From the NCBI RefSeq assembly GCF_002379585.1, contig NZ_DFUE01000030.1, forward strand, positions 30,833-94,832: DNA of 64,000 nt. Reading direction: 5' to 3'. Position 1 is the first letter of the stretch; each line of letters opens with the position of its first letter. The translations under genes and the position numbers were made by a program. Origin of the DNA: Pseudomonas sp. UBA4194 (GTDB taxonomy: Bacteria > Pseudomonadota > Gammaproteobacteria > Pseudomonadales > Pseudomonadaceae). Below, in pieces: positions 1 through 9,439 of this stretch. The notes below the pieces were generated by a model. That model saw nothing but the letters and a program-made list of their open reading frames with translations, did not search any database and was not told where the DNA came from.

Positions 1-138
1 AGGGGACCATTCACCGCCGACTCATCTAGAACCCCCCAAAGATTCAGCCTTTCGTCCGACACCTCAACCCAACTGTGACCCCCGGCACACTCCCTGCTTC
101 AGTATTGTGACATTTATGTGACAGGCCACTGAAGTTCT

Positions 139-528
139 ATGGGCACCGCCAACAAACCCGCCAAGCGCCGGGCGACGATCATCTTTCGTCGTGAGGGACG
201 CATCCTTTTCGTGCGTAAACGCAAGGCAAAGTGGAATCTGCCCGGCGGCCGCGTCGAGCAGGCCGAAACGCCCATGCAGGCCGCTTTTCGGGAAATGTCG
301 GAAGAAACCGGGATGACCCTCGGCCATCTTTTCTACATTTCCGAGTACCAGGAAAGCAACGTGATCCACTACCTGTTCGAAAGCTCGGTGTCGCTGCAGC
401 GCGAGCCTCGTCCGTGCAATGAAATTGCCGACTGCCGCTGGTTCACCGTGAAGGAGTTGAGCAAGCGCAACGTCAATCGGTCGGTGAAAGCCTTGCTCAA
501 GCGTTGGCTCGCCGAGTCGGCCGTTTGA
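139..528 (+). CDS. NUDIX hydrolase
   Basis: Nudix box GGRVEQAETPMQAAFREMSEETG. Confidence 0.9.
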   Translation: MGTANKPAKRRATIIFRREGRILFVRKRKAKWNLPGGRVEQAETPMQAAFREMSEETGMTLGHLFYISEYQESNVIHYLFESSVSLQREPRPCNEIADCRWFTVKELSKRNVNRSVKALLKRWLAESAV

Positions 529-530
529 GC

Positions 531-1430
531 CTACCTGCTCGGGTCTGGCGTCAGTTGCTGCAACCGTGGACCCATCCACTCCACGAACGCCTTGACCCGC
601 GGTGAAAGCTGCAAGGCGTGGGGGTAAACCCACTGGATCGGCAGATCAGCGGGCTCGAAGGCTTGCAGCACCCGCACCAAACGACCGTCTGCCAATTCCT
701 CGGCGACCTGGTAATGCATCAGTCGGGTGATGCCCACACCCTCGACGCAAGCCAGGCTGGCCGCGCGGATCTGGTTGCACACCAACCGGGGGCTGATGTC
801 CTGGGCTGATTCATGATCGCCGTGTCGGTAATACCACTGGCGGCCCTGCGCGGCCACGGCGATACAGGCGTGCGCCGGCAACGCCGCCGGGTTCGGCAAG
901 GCCGGTGCACGGCGCAGATAGTCAGGGCTGGCACAGGTGATCAGGCGGGTCACGCCTACCGGGCGCGCGACCAGCGTGGAGTCAGGCAGGTGGCCAATGC
1001 GCAGGGCCAGGTCCAGGCGTTCGTCGAGCAACGGCACGACGTGGTCGATGAACATCACGTCCAGGGTAATTTCGGCATGCTCGCGCAGAAACGCGTTGAC
1101 CAGCGGCGCAACGAAGCGCTGGCCGAATTCCACCGGCGCGGTCATGCGCAGCAGCCCCCGCAGCACGCCGTCCCGGGCGTCCAGACGCTGCTCCATGTCA
1201 TCGAAGTCCGCCAGCATGCGCCGGCTCCAGTTGAGGTACTGCTCGCCCTCGTCGGTGAGCGCCATGCGCCGCGTGCTGCGGTTCAGCAACCGCACGCCCA
1301 GGTAGTGCTCCAAAGCCGCCAGCGACCGTACCAGGGAGGCCACCGACTGCCCTGTGCTGTCGGCAGCAGCGCTCAGGCTGCCGCTGTCGACGATGCGAAC
1401 GAAGTTGGCCATTGCCTTGAGCCTGTCCAT
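531..1430 (-). CDS. LysR family transcriptional regulator (CrgA/DmlR-like)
   Basis: Start taken at MDRLKAMANFVRIVDSGSLSAAA; HTH followed by LGVRLLNRSTRRMALTDEG and a C-terminal substrate-binding domain; divergent from VOC-GST. Confidence 0.92.
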   Translation of the reverse strand: MDRLKAMANFVRIVDSGSLSAAADSTGQSVASLVRSLAALEHYLGVRLLNRSTRRMALTDEGEQYLNWSRRMLADFDDMEQRLDARDGVLRGLLRMTAPVEFGQRFVAPLVNAFLREHAEITLDVMFIDHVVPLLDERLDLALRIGHLPDSTLVARPVGVTRLITCASPDYLRRAPALPNPAALPAHACIAVAAQGRQWYYRHGDHESAQDISPRLVCNQIRAASLACVEGVGITRLMHYQVAEELADGRLVRVLQAFEPADLPIQWVYPHALQLSPRVKAFVEWMGPRLQQLTPDPSR

Positions 1431-1547
1431 TGCCGTCCTTTCGATTAGTGCGGTGAGTGCATAGGTATTGTCAGCTTCGCACCATAGGTCAGAGGGGCCT
1501 GCTGGGCGAGACTGGGAACACACAGGTCAACCGGAGGTTATATTGCC

Positions 1548-1976
1548 ATGAGCCCACACTTACCCAATCCATCGCGAATTCTGGCCTACGACCATATCGG
1601 AATCCGCGTCAGCGACCAAAGCCGCGCCATGGCTTTTTACCAGGCCCTCGGCTTTCAGGAAACCGCGCGTTTCCCGCGTTATGAGGCCAACGAAATGCTC
1701 AGCGCAGATGGCGTGCGCATCAACCTGATCTTCAATGGCGTGCGCGTGCCCAGTGCGCACAATGCGTTGCTGGACGCACCCATCAAGCTGCCCGGCATGA
1801 CCCACCCGGCGTTCATCGTCGATGACCTGCAGGCCTTGCAGCACTGGCTGGGCGAGCAGGGCATCACGATCACCGAAGGGCCGCACCCGATTGGCCCCAG
1901 ACGCGTTGCCTTGTTCATCCGTGACCCGGACGGCAACGTGCTTGAATTCAATCAACTCATCGATGGAGAGGCATGA
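1548..1976 (+). CDS. VOC/glyoxalase family protein
   Basis: YDHIGIRVSD...AMAFYQALGF, THPAFIVDDL, LFIRDPDGNVLEF. Confidence 0.9.
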   Translation: MSPHLPNPSRILAYDHIGIRVSDQSRAMAFYQALGFQETARFPRYEANEMLSADGVRINLIFNGVRVPSAHNALLDAPIKLPGMTHPAFIVDDLQALQHWLGEQGITITEGPHPIGPRRVALFIRDPDGNVLEFNQLIDGEA

Positions 1977-2563
1977 TGAAACTGTATGACCTGGATGTTT
2001 CTGGCAACTGCTACAAGGTCAGGCTATTCGCGGCATTGGCCAACATCGACCTGGAACTGATACCCGTAGACCTTGCCAGCGGTGCGCACAAGCGGCCACC
2101 GCTGAGCGATCTCAACCCGTTGCAGCAGGTGCCGGTGCTGGAAGATGGCCCGGTGGTGCTGCGCGATTCCCAGGCCATTCTGGTTTATCTGGCCGGCCAA
2201 TATGGCGGTCTGGCGTGGTGGCCGGCGCACCCCGAGGGCCAGGCGCACGTGGTGCAGTGGCTGTCGTTTGCGGCCAACGAAGTGCAGCACAGCGTCAATG
2301 CCGCACGGCTGGTCCGCAAGTTTGGCTACCCGTTGGACCACGCAGGCGCGCTGGACAAGTCGAAGCTGACGCTGACGCTCCTCGACCAACACCTGGCGCA
2401 CAACGACTGGCTGGCGATGGGGCGGCCCACCATTGCCGACTGTGCGGTGTATCCCTATGTGGTGCTGGCGCCGGAGGGCGACGTGGACCTGCAGCCTTAC
2501 GTGCATGTCGGGCGCTGGATCGAACGCCTGCAGAAGTTGCCGGGCTACCTGGCCAAGCCCTGA
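1973..2563 (+). CDS. Glutathione S-transferase
   Basis: SGNCYKVRL, LNPLQQVPVLED, DSQAILVYLA, PTIADCA; ATGA overlap with the VOC gene. Confidence 0.92.
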   Translation: MMKLYDLDVSGNCYKVRLFAALANIDLELIPVDLASGAHKRPPLSDLNPLQQVPVLEDGPVVLRDSQAILVYLAGQYGGLAWWPAHPEGQAHVVQWLSFAANEVQHSVNAARLVRKFGYPLDHAGALDKSKLTLTLLDQHLAHNDWLAMGRPTIADCAVYPYVVLAPEGDVDLQPYVHVGRWIERLQKLPGYLAKP

Positions 2564-2572
2564 AGTGCGGAC

Positions 2573-4300
2573 CTAGCCTGGCCCGCTCAGCAGCTGCTCT
2601 ATTCGGCCGGCGAGCGCGGCCATGGCGAACGGCTTGGTCAGCAGGTGCATCCCGGACTCGAGCTGATCCTCCCAGGCCTTGGCGTCTTGCACATAGCCGG
2701 TGATGAACAGCACCTTCAAGCCGGGTCGCAGGCTGCGTCCGGCATCGGCTACCTGGCGGCCATTGATGCCGCCAGGCAGGCCGACATCGGTGACCAGCAG
2801 ATCGATACGCCGATCCGATTGCAGAATCGCCAGGCCACCGGCGCCGTCAGTGGCCTGCAGCGTGGTGTAGCCGAGATCTTCCAGTACCTCGGTCACCAGC
2901 ATGCGCACGGTGGGCTCGTCATCGATCACCAGCACCTGCTCATTGCGACTGGTGAGGGCGGGCAGTGTCGAACTCTCGCCGGCTTCGGCGACGCTGGCCA
3001 TAACCGTGGCCCGCGGAAGAAAGAGGGTCATGCGGGTGCCGACACCGATCCGGGATTGCACGCGCACACTGCCACCGGACTGACGCACGAACCCGTAGAT
3101 CATCGACAGGCCCAGCCCAGTGCCTTCGCCCATGGGCTTGGTGGTAAAGAACGGGTCGAAGGCGTGGGCGATCACCTCGCTGCTCATGCCACTGCCGGTG
3201 TCGTGCACGCTCAGCGTCAGGTAGTCGCCAGCGGGTAGCTCGTTCTCGGCCGCTTCCAGGGGCGCCAGGGTGCAATTGGCTGCGTGGATGGTCAGGACGC
3301 CACCCAGCGGCATGGCGTCGCGGGCGTTGATGCACAGGTTGAGCAGGGCGTTTTCCAGCTGGTTGGGATCGACCTGGGTCAGCCACAGGTCGGGCTCGCT
3401 GTCGACGCTGACCTGCACCGAGGGTCCCACCGTGCTGCGAATCAGCTCGAGCATGCCCAGCACCAGTTCCTGGACTTCCGTGGCCCGGGGCTCGAGGGTC
3501 TGGCGACGAGAGAACGCCAGCAATCGGTGGGTCAGGGCTGCCGCTCGGCGGGAGGCCCCCAGTGCCGCGTCGAGGTAGCGATCGATGTCGCCGATACGAC
3601 GCTGGTCTATGCGCAGCCTGAGCATCTCCAGACTGCCCATGATGCCCGTCAGCAGGTTGTTGAAGTCGTGGGCCAGGCCCCCGGTCAGTTGCCCCACCGC
3701 TTCCATTTTCAGGCTTTGCCGCAGTTGCTGCTCGAGCAGGCGCTGGGCTGTCATGTCCAGGCCTACACCGGTGCGTCGGACAGGTTCGCCCGCTGTATTG
3801 AAGTAGGTATGACCACGCGACAGCACCCAGCGCACCGAGCCGTCCGGGTGGACGATGCGGTACTCGAGCTCCAGATCGCCGCTGTTTACCAGGCCGCCGG
3901 CCATGGTCCTGCGCAGGGCCAGCAGGTCGTCGGGGTGGACGTTGGCCAGAAAGCCGCTGCGCTTGATGCCCGCGGCGGCCTGCAAAGGGTCGATGCCGTA
4001 CAGTTCGCTGATACCGGCGTCGCAATAGAAGCAGTCGTTGGACACTTCATAGGTCCAGACACCGACCCCGCTCACCGCCGACAGCGCCAGGCGGGCGAAG
4101 TCCATGGAGTCATGCAGCGCGGTCTCGTCTCGCTGCTCGACGGTCACGTCCCGGGCACTGCCTTCGCGGGCCTGAATGACCCGCAGCGCGGCGTGTTGGG
4201 CGTCTTCGAAACTGGCGTAGTGGCCATCGTTGACCTGGCTCTCGAGCAGCGCGCGCAGCGCCAGGTCGAGGGCCATGTCCTGGGGTGCCCGATAGGCCAT
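2573..4300 (-). CDS. Soluble hybrid sensor histidine kinase/response regulator (RHH-like N-terminus, PAS, HisKA, HATPase, REC)
   Basis: PAS/PAC (VHPDD...EYRIVHPDGSVRWV), H-box GGLAHDFNNLL, N-box QLENALLNLCINARDAM, DTGSGM, FFTTKPMGEGTGLGL, REC (IDDE, TDVGLPG, TKPF). Start chosen at ATG 4300 because the longer ORF overlaps the MFS gene. Confidence 0.9.
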   Translation of the reverse strand: MAYRAPQDMALDLALRALLESQVNDGHYASFEDAQHAALRVIQAREGSARDVTVEQRDETALHDSMDFARLALSAVSGVGVWTYEVSNDCFYCDAGISELYGIDPLQAAAGIKRSGFLANVHPDDLLALRRTMAGGLVNSGDLELEYRIVHPDGSVRWVLSRGHTYFNTAGEPVRRTGVGLDMTAQRLLEQQLRQSLKMEAVGQLTGGLAHDFNNLLTGIMGSLEMLRLRIDQRRIGDIDRYLDAALGASRRAAALTHRLLAFSRRQTLEPRATEVQELVLGMLELIRSTVGPSVQVSVDSEPDLWLTQVDPNQLENALLNLCINARDAMPLGGVLTIHAANCTLAPLEAAENELPAGDYLTLSVHDTGSGMSSEVIAHAFDPFFTTKPMGEGTGLGLSMIYGFVRQSGGSVRVQSRIGVGTRMTLFLPRATVMASVAEAGESSTLPALTSRNEQVLVIDDEPTVRMLVTEVLEDLGYTTLQATDGAGGLAILQSDRRIDLLVTDVGLPGGINGRQVADAGRSLRPGLKVLFITGYVQDAKAWEDQLESGMHLLTKPFAMAALAGRIEQLLSGPG

Positions 4301-4389
4301 GCGCGGTTCTCTTGCTGAAAAGGGGAGCGGGGGCGGGATTATCACATAACTGGGCGGAACCGGTGGTGGCGGGTCCGCCAGACCACCCT

Positions 4390-5568
4390 CTAGGCGCAGC
4401 TCTGCACTTCCTGCCGTCCACCCCGTGGCCAGGCCACGCTGAGCAAGCCCAGCAGCGCCATTCCCGCACCCACCCACAGCGGCGCCCGCAGGCCGTAACC
4501 GGCGTCGATGACCGCACCGCCTGCCCAACTTCCCAGGGCCAGACCTGCGGTGATCACCGAAGTATGCAGGGCGTTGACCAGCGCCGAGGGCTCGGCGGCT
4601 TTCATCACACGGGCAACCATTGCCGGGTTCAGCGCCACACCGGTCAGGCCTACGGTGATGAAGCAGGTCAGGCTCAGCCAGCGTAGATCGCCGGCCAGGG
4701 CAAAGCCGGCCAACGCCAGCACCAGCAACGCCAAGCCCCAGCGCAGTGCTGCGAAGGTGTGGCTGTCGGCGAAGCGGCCCACCACGATATTGCCGACCAC
4801 GTTGGCGACGCCGTACAGCGCCAGCAGCGGAGCGACCTGGCTCGGCGCCAGGCCGACTTCCTGAATCAGAATCGGTGTGCAATAGCTGAACGCGGCAAAG
4901 GTCGACCCGATGATCAACCCGCTGGTCAAGTAGGCTCCCCACAGGCTCGGACTGGCCAGGGTCAGCCACTGTTGACGCAAGCTTGGCTGCGCCCCCGGTT
5001 CACCCCGCGGCAGGCGACTGGCCGCCAGCACCGTACACACCAGGGCCAGTGCCGCCACCAGCCAGGCGCTGGCACGCCAGCCGAAATGCTGCTGCACGAA
5101 GGCGGTCATGGGCACGCCAATCACCGGGGACAGCATCAGACCGGCCAGCACCACGGAGATTGCGCGACCCCGCTCCTGAGGCGCGACCAGGCCTGCGCAC
5201 AGGGTCATGCACAAGCCGATGCACACGGCGCTGGAGACACCCATGACGATGCGCGCCAGCACCAGCACTTCATAGCTCGGCGCTGCGGCGCCCAGCGCGC
5301 TCGCGGCCACATACACGGCCAACAGCGCCACCAGGGCACGGGTGTTGTCGATGCCGCGCGACAGCAGCAGAATCGTCACGGGTGGCCCACCCAGGGCCAT
5401 GCCCAAGGCATAGAACGCGATCAGGTTGCCGACCTGAGCCAGGCTGACGGAAAAGCTGTCGACCAGGGCCGGCATCATCCCCGCCACCATGAATTCGGCG
5501 GTCACCAGGGAAAAGATGGTCAGGCCCAGCAGATAGACGGCCGGGGGAAGTGCGGAACGGGTGGTCAT
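4390..5568 (-). CDS. MFS transporter (AraJ/DHA1-like efflux)
   Basis: About 12 hydrophobic segments; TAEFMVAGMMP, QERGRAIS, FGWRAS. Confidence 0.88.
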   Translation of the reverse strand: MTTRSALPPAVYLLGLTIFSLVTAEFMVAGMMPALVDSFSVSLAQVGNLIAFYALGMALGGPPVTILLLSRGIDNTRALVALLAVYVAASALGAAAPSYEVLVLARIVMGVSSAVCIGLCMTLCAGLVAPQERGRAISVVLAGLMLSPVIGVPMTAFVQQHFGWRASAWLVAALALVCTVLAASRLPRGEPGAQPSLRQQWLTLASPSLWGAYLTSGLIIGSTFAAFSYCTPILIQEVGLAPSQVAPLLALYGVANVVGNIVVGRFADSHTFAALRWGLALLVLALAGFALAGDLRWLSLTCFITVGLTGVALNPAMVARVMKAAEPSALVNALHTSVITAGLALGSWAGGAVIDAGYGLRAPLWVGAGMALLGLLSVAWPRGGRQEVQSCA

Positions 5569-5676
5569 AGGTGTCTCGGGCAAAAGCAAAGGCCCATACC
5601 CTAGGGATTGTTGAACAGATGGTCAAATATCCAATGGGCATAGCGACCGAACGCCGCGTTTGGGCAACGCTCGCCG

Positions 5677-6456
5677 CTAGGGGCCTGCATCCTGCGCATA
5701 GACATCCATCAGCCGCTTGAGCGTGCCATCCTTGCGCAAGGTGGCCACGGCCTCGCGCAGCCGCTTGACGATCGGCTCGGCGCAGTCCCTGGAGCACGCC
5801 AGGTACAGGTCGGAGGTCATCAGCACCGGGCTCATCAGCAAGGGCCGGTCCGACACTTCACGCCAGATGTAGCGTGATTCCGGTACGCCGTTGAACCAGG
5901 CGTCCACCCGCCCCAACAACAGCATCTGCGCCGGGTTCTCGCCGATCTTCAGTGGGTAGATCTGCTCATCGCTGAAGCCCTCGTCGCGCAACTTGCGCTC
6001 CTGGGCACTGCCCATGCCGACTGCGATGCGGTGGTAGGTCTTGCGTGCCTGGGCGAAGGTTTCCACGCGGTTTTCCAGGCTGAAGAACGCCCGGTCCATG
6101 GACATGATGGGCGCGATCCAGGTGTATTTCGCTTCCCGGTCCAGCGTGCGCGACAACGGGATGATCAGTTGGTCCTGACCGTGCTCCACCGTTCGCTGCG
6201 CTCGGGGCCAGGGCAGGGTGATGAGGTGCAGGTCGTAACCGGCCATGGCGGCAGCCTTCACGGTGGCTTCGCCGACAATGCCCCGTTGGCCGGGCTGGCC
6301 TTGCATGCTCAGGGGAGGGGCATCGGGTAGAAACAGATCCAGGGTGCGCGACGGCGCCGCCCCAGCCGTACTGAGCCAGATGGCAGGCACCACTGCCCAC
6401 AGCAGCGCAAGTGGCAGCCTGTGCGAGCGATGGCGCGAGGGGGTCAAGCGACCCAT
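5677..6456 (-). CDS. Periplasmic substrate-binding protein (polar amino acid family 3), orphan
   Basis: Signal-like N-terminus; DAPPLS, LPWPRA, GRVDAW, LRKDGTLKRL. Confidence 0.8.
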   Translation of the reverse strand: MGRLTPSRHRSHRLPLALLWAVVPAIWLSTAGAAPSRTLDLFLPDAPPLSMQGQPGQRGIVGEATVKAAAMAGYDLHLITLPWPRAQRTVEHGQDQLIIPLSRTLDREAKYTWIAPIMSMDRAFFSLENRVETFAQARKTYHRIAVGMGSAQERKLRDEGFSDEQIYPLKIGENPAQMLLLGRVDAWFNGVPESRYIWREVSDRPLLMSPVLMTSDLYLACSRDCAEPIVKRLREAVATLRKDGTLKRLMDVYAQDAGP

Positions 6457-6575
6457 GACGGTACTCTGATGTGATTCAGTGACATGCTACCTCCGGGAGC
6501 GGGAAGCATAGTCGCTATTGCTCGGGAGTGCTTGTAGCCATGGCAGGCAGGTGCGCTGCCACGGCGTTCGCAAAT

Positions 6576-7721
6576 CTACGGCGCCATCAGCCCCCCATCG
6601 ATGTCCACGATGTTGCGCGCGCCGCTGTTACCCATGGTCAGGTCGAGTTCCCGGCGCAGCATCCGGGCCGTGTGCAAGGCTCCGGCTTCACCGCCCATGG
6701 CCGTGCCGTAGAGAAATGCCCTGCCGACCATGACGGCCTGGGCACCCAGGGCCAACGCCTTGAAGATGTCACTGCCGCGCTGGATATTGCTGTCCATGAG
6801 GACGGTCAGCCGGCCGGCGGCGGCCTCGACGATGGCGGGCAGTGCGTCGATCGGTGCTACAGCGCTGTCCAGATTGCGCGCGCCATGGTTGGACACCACC
6901 ACGCCATCCACACCATGGTCGATGGCCCGCAGCGCATCATCGGCGCGCACGATACCTTTGAGCACGAGGTTGCCCTTCCAGATTTCCCGCAGCCTGGCCA
7001 CATGTGCCCAGGTCAGCTGCGGCGTATGCTCCAGGCGTTGCTTGCTTCCGCCACCCAGGATGGTCTGCCGATAGGCCTGGGGATAGTTGGCGAAGCTGGG
7101 TGCACCGCCATTGATCATGTAACGGCCCAGCACCTTGGCCAGCCAGTGGGGATGGCACATCACGTCCAGGGTATTGCGTACCGAGTATTTGAACGGCATG
7201 CCCATGCCATTGCGCACGTTGTATTCCCGATTGGCGTAGACGGGGGTGTCCACGGTCAGCACCAGTGTTTCAGCCCCAGACTGTCGTGCGCGCTCCACCA
7301 GTGCCTCGGACATTGCCTGGTGCTCCCAGAGATACAGCTGGAACCACAGGTTGGCGCGGCTGTTGGCGGCGATTTCCTCGACACAGGTAATGGCTTCGGT
7401 GGCGGCGCAGAACGCAATGCCGGCTTGCGCCGCCGCCTTGGCCAGGGCGATTTCGCCTTTGTACCAGACCAGCCCTGCGCAGGCCGTGGGGGCGACCACG
7501 ATCGGGATCTGCAGCGTCTTGCCGAACAGCTGGGTGGAGGTGCTGCGGGGGCTCGCACCCTGCAGAATGCGCGGGGCGATCCGCTTCTGTTCGAAAGCAC
7601 GGCGGTTATGCGCCATGCCGCTTTCGTCTTCGGTGCCACGATCGATGTACTCGAAAATGGCGCGGGGCAGGGTGCGCCTTGCACTGCGGCGCAAGTCTGC
7701 AAAATTCAACGCGTCGATCAC
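6576..7721 (-). CDS. FMN-dependent alpha-hydroxy-acid oxidase/dehydrogenase (LldD/MdlB family)
   Basis: FQLY, LVLTVDTP, LVLKGI, VVVSNHGARNLD, KALALGAQAVMVGRAFLY. Confidence 0.9.
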   Translation of the reverse strand: MIDALNFADLRRSARRTLPRAIFEYIDRGTEDESGMAHNRRAFEQKRIAPRILQGASPRSTSTQLFGKTLQIPIVVAPTACAGLVWYKGEIALAKAAAQAGIAFCAATEAITCVEEIAANSRANLWFQLYLWEHQAMSEALVERARQSGAETLVLTVDTPVYANREYNVRNGMGMPFKYSVRNTLDVMCHPHWLAKVLGRYMINGGAPSFANYPQAYRQTILGGGSKQRLEHTPQLTWAHVARLREIWKGNLVLKGIVRADDALRAIDHGVDGVVVSNHGARNLDSAVAPIDALPAIVEAAAGRLTVLMDSNIQRGSDIFKALALGAQAVMVGRAFLYGTAMGGEAGALHTARMLRRELDLTMGNSGARNIVDIDGGLMAP

Positions 7722-7764
7722 CGCTTCTGTCCTTGTGCACTTTAATTAGACTAAAGGCTATATC

Positions 7765-7782
7765 TATCACTATACGAGAATT
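7765..7782 (+). promoter_or_regulatory. Putative XRE-cupin operator, copy 1 (TATCACTATACGAGAATT)
   Basis: 17/18 identical to the reverse complement of 13471-13488; lies in a divergent promoter region. Confidence 0.6.
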
Positions 7783-7871
7783 AACTCTGGATGAGAGAAT
7801 CCGCGGGTTGACTGCTTTGCCGCAACGTACAAACCTATAAAGCTGCACGCTATTTCTGATCAAGGACTGCT

Positions 7872-8489
7872 ATGGACTTCCAACTCGCACTGGACCGACC
7901 CGAGGCCGATTTCACCGAAATCGCCGATGACGAGGCGCCCATCGACATTGGCGCTCGGGTCCGCTCGCTGCGCCACGAGCGCAAATGGACCTTGACCCAG
8001 ACGGCGAAATTCACCGGTCTGTCGCTGTCTGCGTTGTCCAAGATCGAGCGCAACGAGTTATCGCCCACGCTCAGCAGCCTGAGCAAGATCGCCAAGGGCT
8101 TTGGCATCGAGGTGGTCAACCTGCTGTCTGATAACGAGCGGCCGTTTGCGGTCGGGCGGCGGAGTTTGAACCGCCACGCGCATGGGCTTCAGGTGGCGAC
8201 CACGACATGCCAGAACACCTGGCTGGCGGCCGACCTGAAACACAAACGCATGCTGCCGATGAAATCTCGAGTCGTGGCCAAGCATCCCGATGAGTACAGC
8301 GAATGGCCCAGCCATGCGGGCGAGCTGTTCGTGTATGTGTTGTCCGGCTGTCTGGTGATTCATTCGCAACTCTACGCACCGCTCCGGTTGGAGCCTGGCG
8401 ATAGCTTGTATTACGACGCCCGCGCCGGTCACAAGTGGACCAGCGAAGGTGTCGATGAAGCCGTGGTGCTGTGGGTCTACGTCGACTGA
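7872..8489 (+). CDS. XRE-family HTH regulator with C-terminal cupin domain
   Basis: IGARVRSLRHERKWTL...LSKIERNELSPTL; cupin HAGELFVYVLSG...LEPGDSLYYDARAGH. Confidence 0.92.
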   Translation: MDFQLALDRPEADFTEIADDEAPIDIGARVRSLRHERKWTLTQTAKFTGLSLSALSKIERNELSPTLSSLSKIAKGFGIEVVNLLSDNERPFAVGRRSLNRHAHGLQVATTTCQNTWLAADLKHKRMLPMKSRVVAKHPDEYSEWPSHAGELFVYVLSGCLVIHSQLYAPLRLEPGDSLYYDARAGHKWTSEGVDEAVVLWVYVD

Positions 8490-8500
8490 GTGAAGCCGCG

Positions 8501-9433
8501 TTACAGGGCTTGAGCGGCAGGCAACACACCGCTGGTGCGCAGGTCGTCCATAGCCAACCGCAGGCGCTCCACGGTCAGTTCACCGGGCGCCTGCAACGGC
8601 GACAGCACATCGCCGCAGTCCTGATCGATCATCTTCATCGCCGCTTTCAACGGCCCAGGGTTGGCCTCGGCGAACAAGGCGCCCAACAGCGGCAACAGCC
8701 GGCGCTGCCCGGCAATGCCTTCATCGAACTGGCCAGTGCGGAAAATCTCGTACAGCCGCAGCCAGTAATCCGGCAGCAGCGGCGATGAAGCCAGGATTCC
8801 GCCCCGCGCACCGAGTGCCGCATGAGCGGGATAGAGCAGGTCTTCACCCGACAGCATCTGAAAGTCCGAAGTGGTCAGCGTCATGACTTCATTGAAGTGG
8901 GCCATATCGGTATTGCAGGCTTTCATGCCGAAAATCGAGCCATCGGCTTCCATGTCGGCGATGGTCTGGGCCTCGGTGACGATTCGCGTCCGATAGGGCA
9001 CGTCATAGAACAGGATCGGCATGTCCACCGCATCGCGATACGCCCGGAAATACTCACGAATACCGCTTTGGGTGGGCGAGACGTAGAACGGCGTCACTGC
9101 CAGCAAGCCATCTGCACCGGCCGCCTTGAACGCCTTGCCGGCGCAGACCGATTCGGCAAACCCTGGCGAGACCATGCCGGCAATCACCGGAATGCGGCCA
9201 TCGGCAACTTCCACGGTGATTGCCACCACCCGCTCACGGGCCTGGGGTGAAAGGGCGGTGTACTCACCCGTGCCACCAATGGGCACCAGCCCCTGTACGC
9301 CGGCGGCAATCAGGTTGTGCAACAGCTTGCGCAGGGCAGTGTCGTCCACCGCGCCGTCAGCCGTGACCGGCGTGGGGAAGGGCGGCAGGATGCCATGCAA
9401 GAGAGGGACTGACATAACGGCGTTCCTATTCAT
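8501..9433 (-). CDS. Dihydrodipicolinate synthase/N-acetylneuraminate lyase family aldolase
   Basis: GGTGEY, ADGLLAVTPFY, FYDVPYRT, Schiff-base Lys in GMKAC, ANPGPLKAAM; start may be 9415. Confidence 0.88.
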   Translation of the reverse strand: MNRNAVMSVPLLHGILPPFPTPVTADGAVDDTALRKLLHNLIAAGVQGLVPIGGTGEYTALSPQARERVVAITVEVADGRIPVIAGMVSPGFAESVCAGKAFKAAGADGLLAVTPFYVSPTQSGIREYFRAYRDAVDMPILFYDVPYRTRIVTEAQTIADMEADGSIFGMKACNTDMAHFNEVMTLTTSDFQMLSGEDLLYPAHAALGARGGILASSPLLPDYWLRLYEIFRTGQFDEGIAGQRRLLPLLGALFAEANPGPLKAAMKMIDQDCGDVLSPLQAPGELTVERLRLAMDDLRTSGVLPAAQAL

Positions 9434-9439
9434 GAGAAG

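Noticed and set aside
4301..4969. N-terminal extension of the 798-aa kinase ORF
   Set aside because: It overlaps the MFS gene in another frame and has non-protein-like composition; the real start is most likely ATG 4300
8501..9433. Calling this gene dapA, or calling 15009-16274 hemL and 31177-32082 cysK
   Set aside because: Diverged motifs and accessory context indicate paralogues, so gene symbols were withheld
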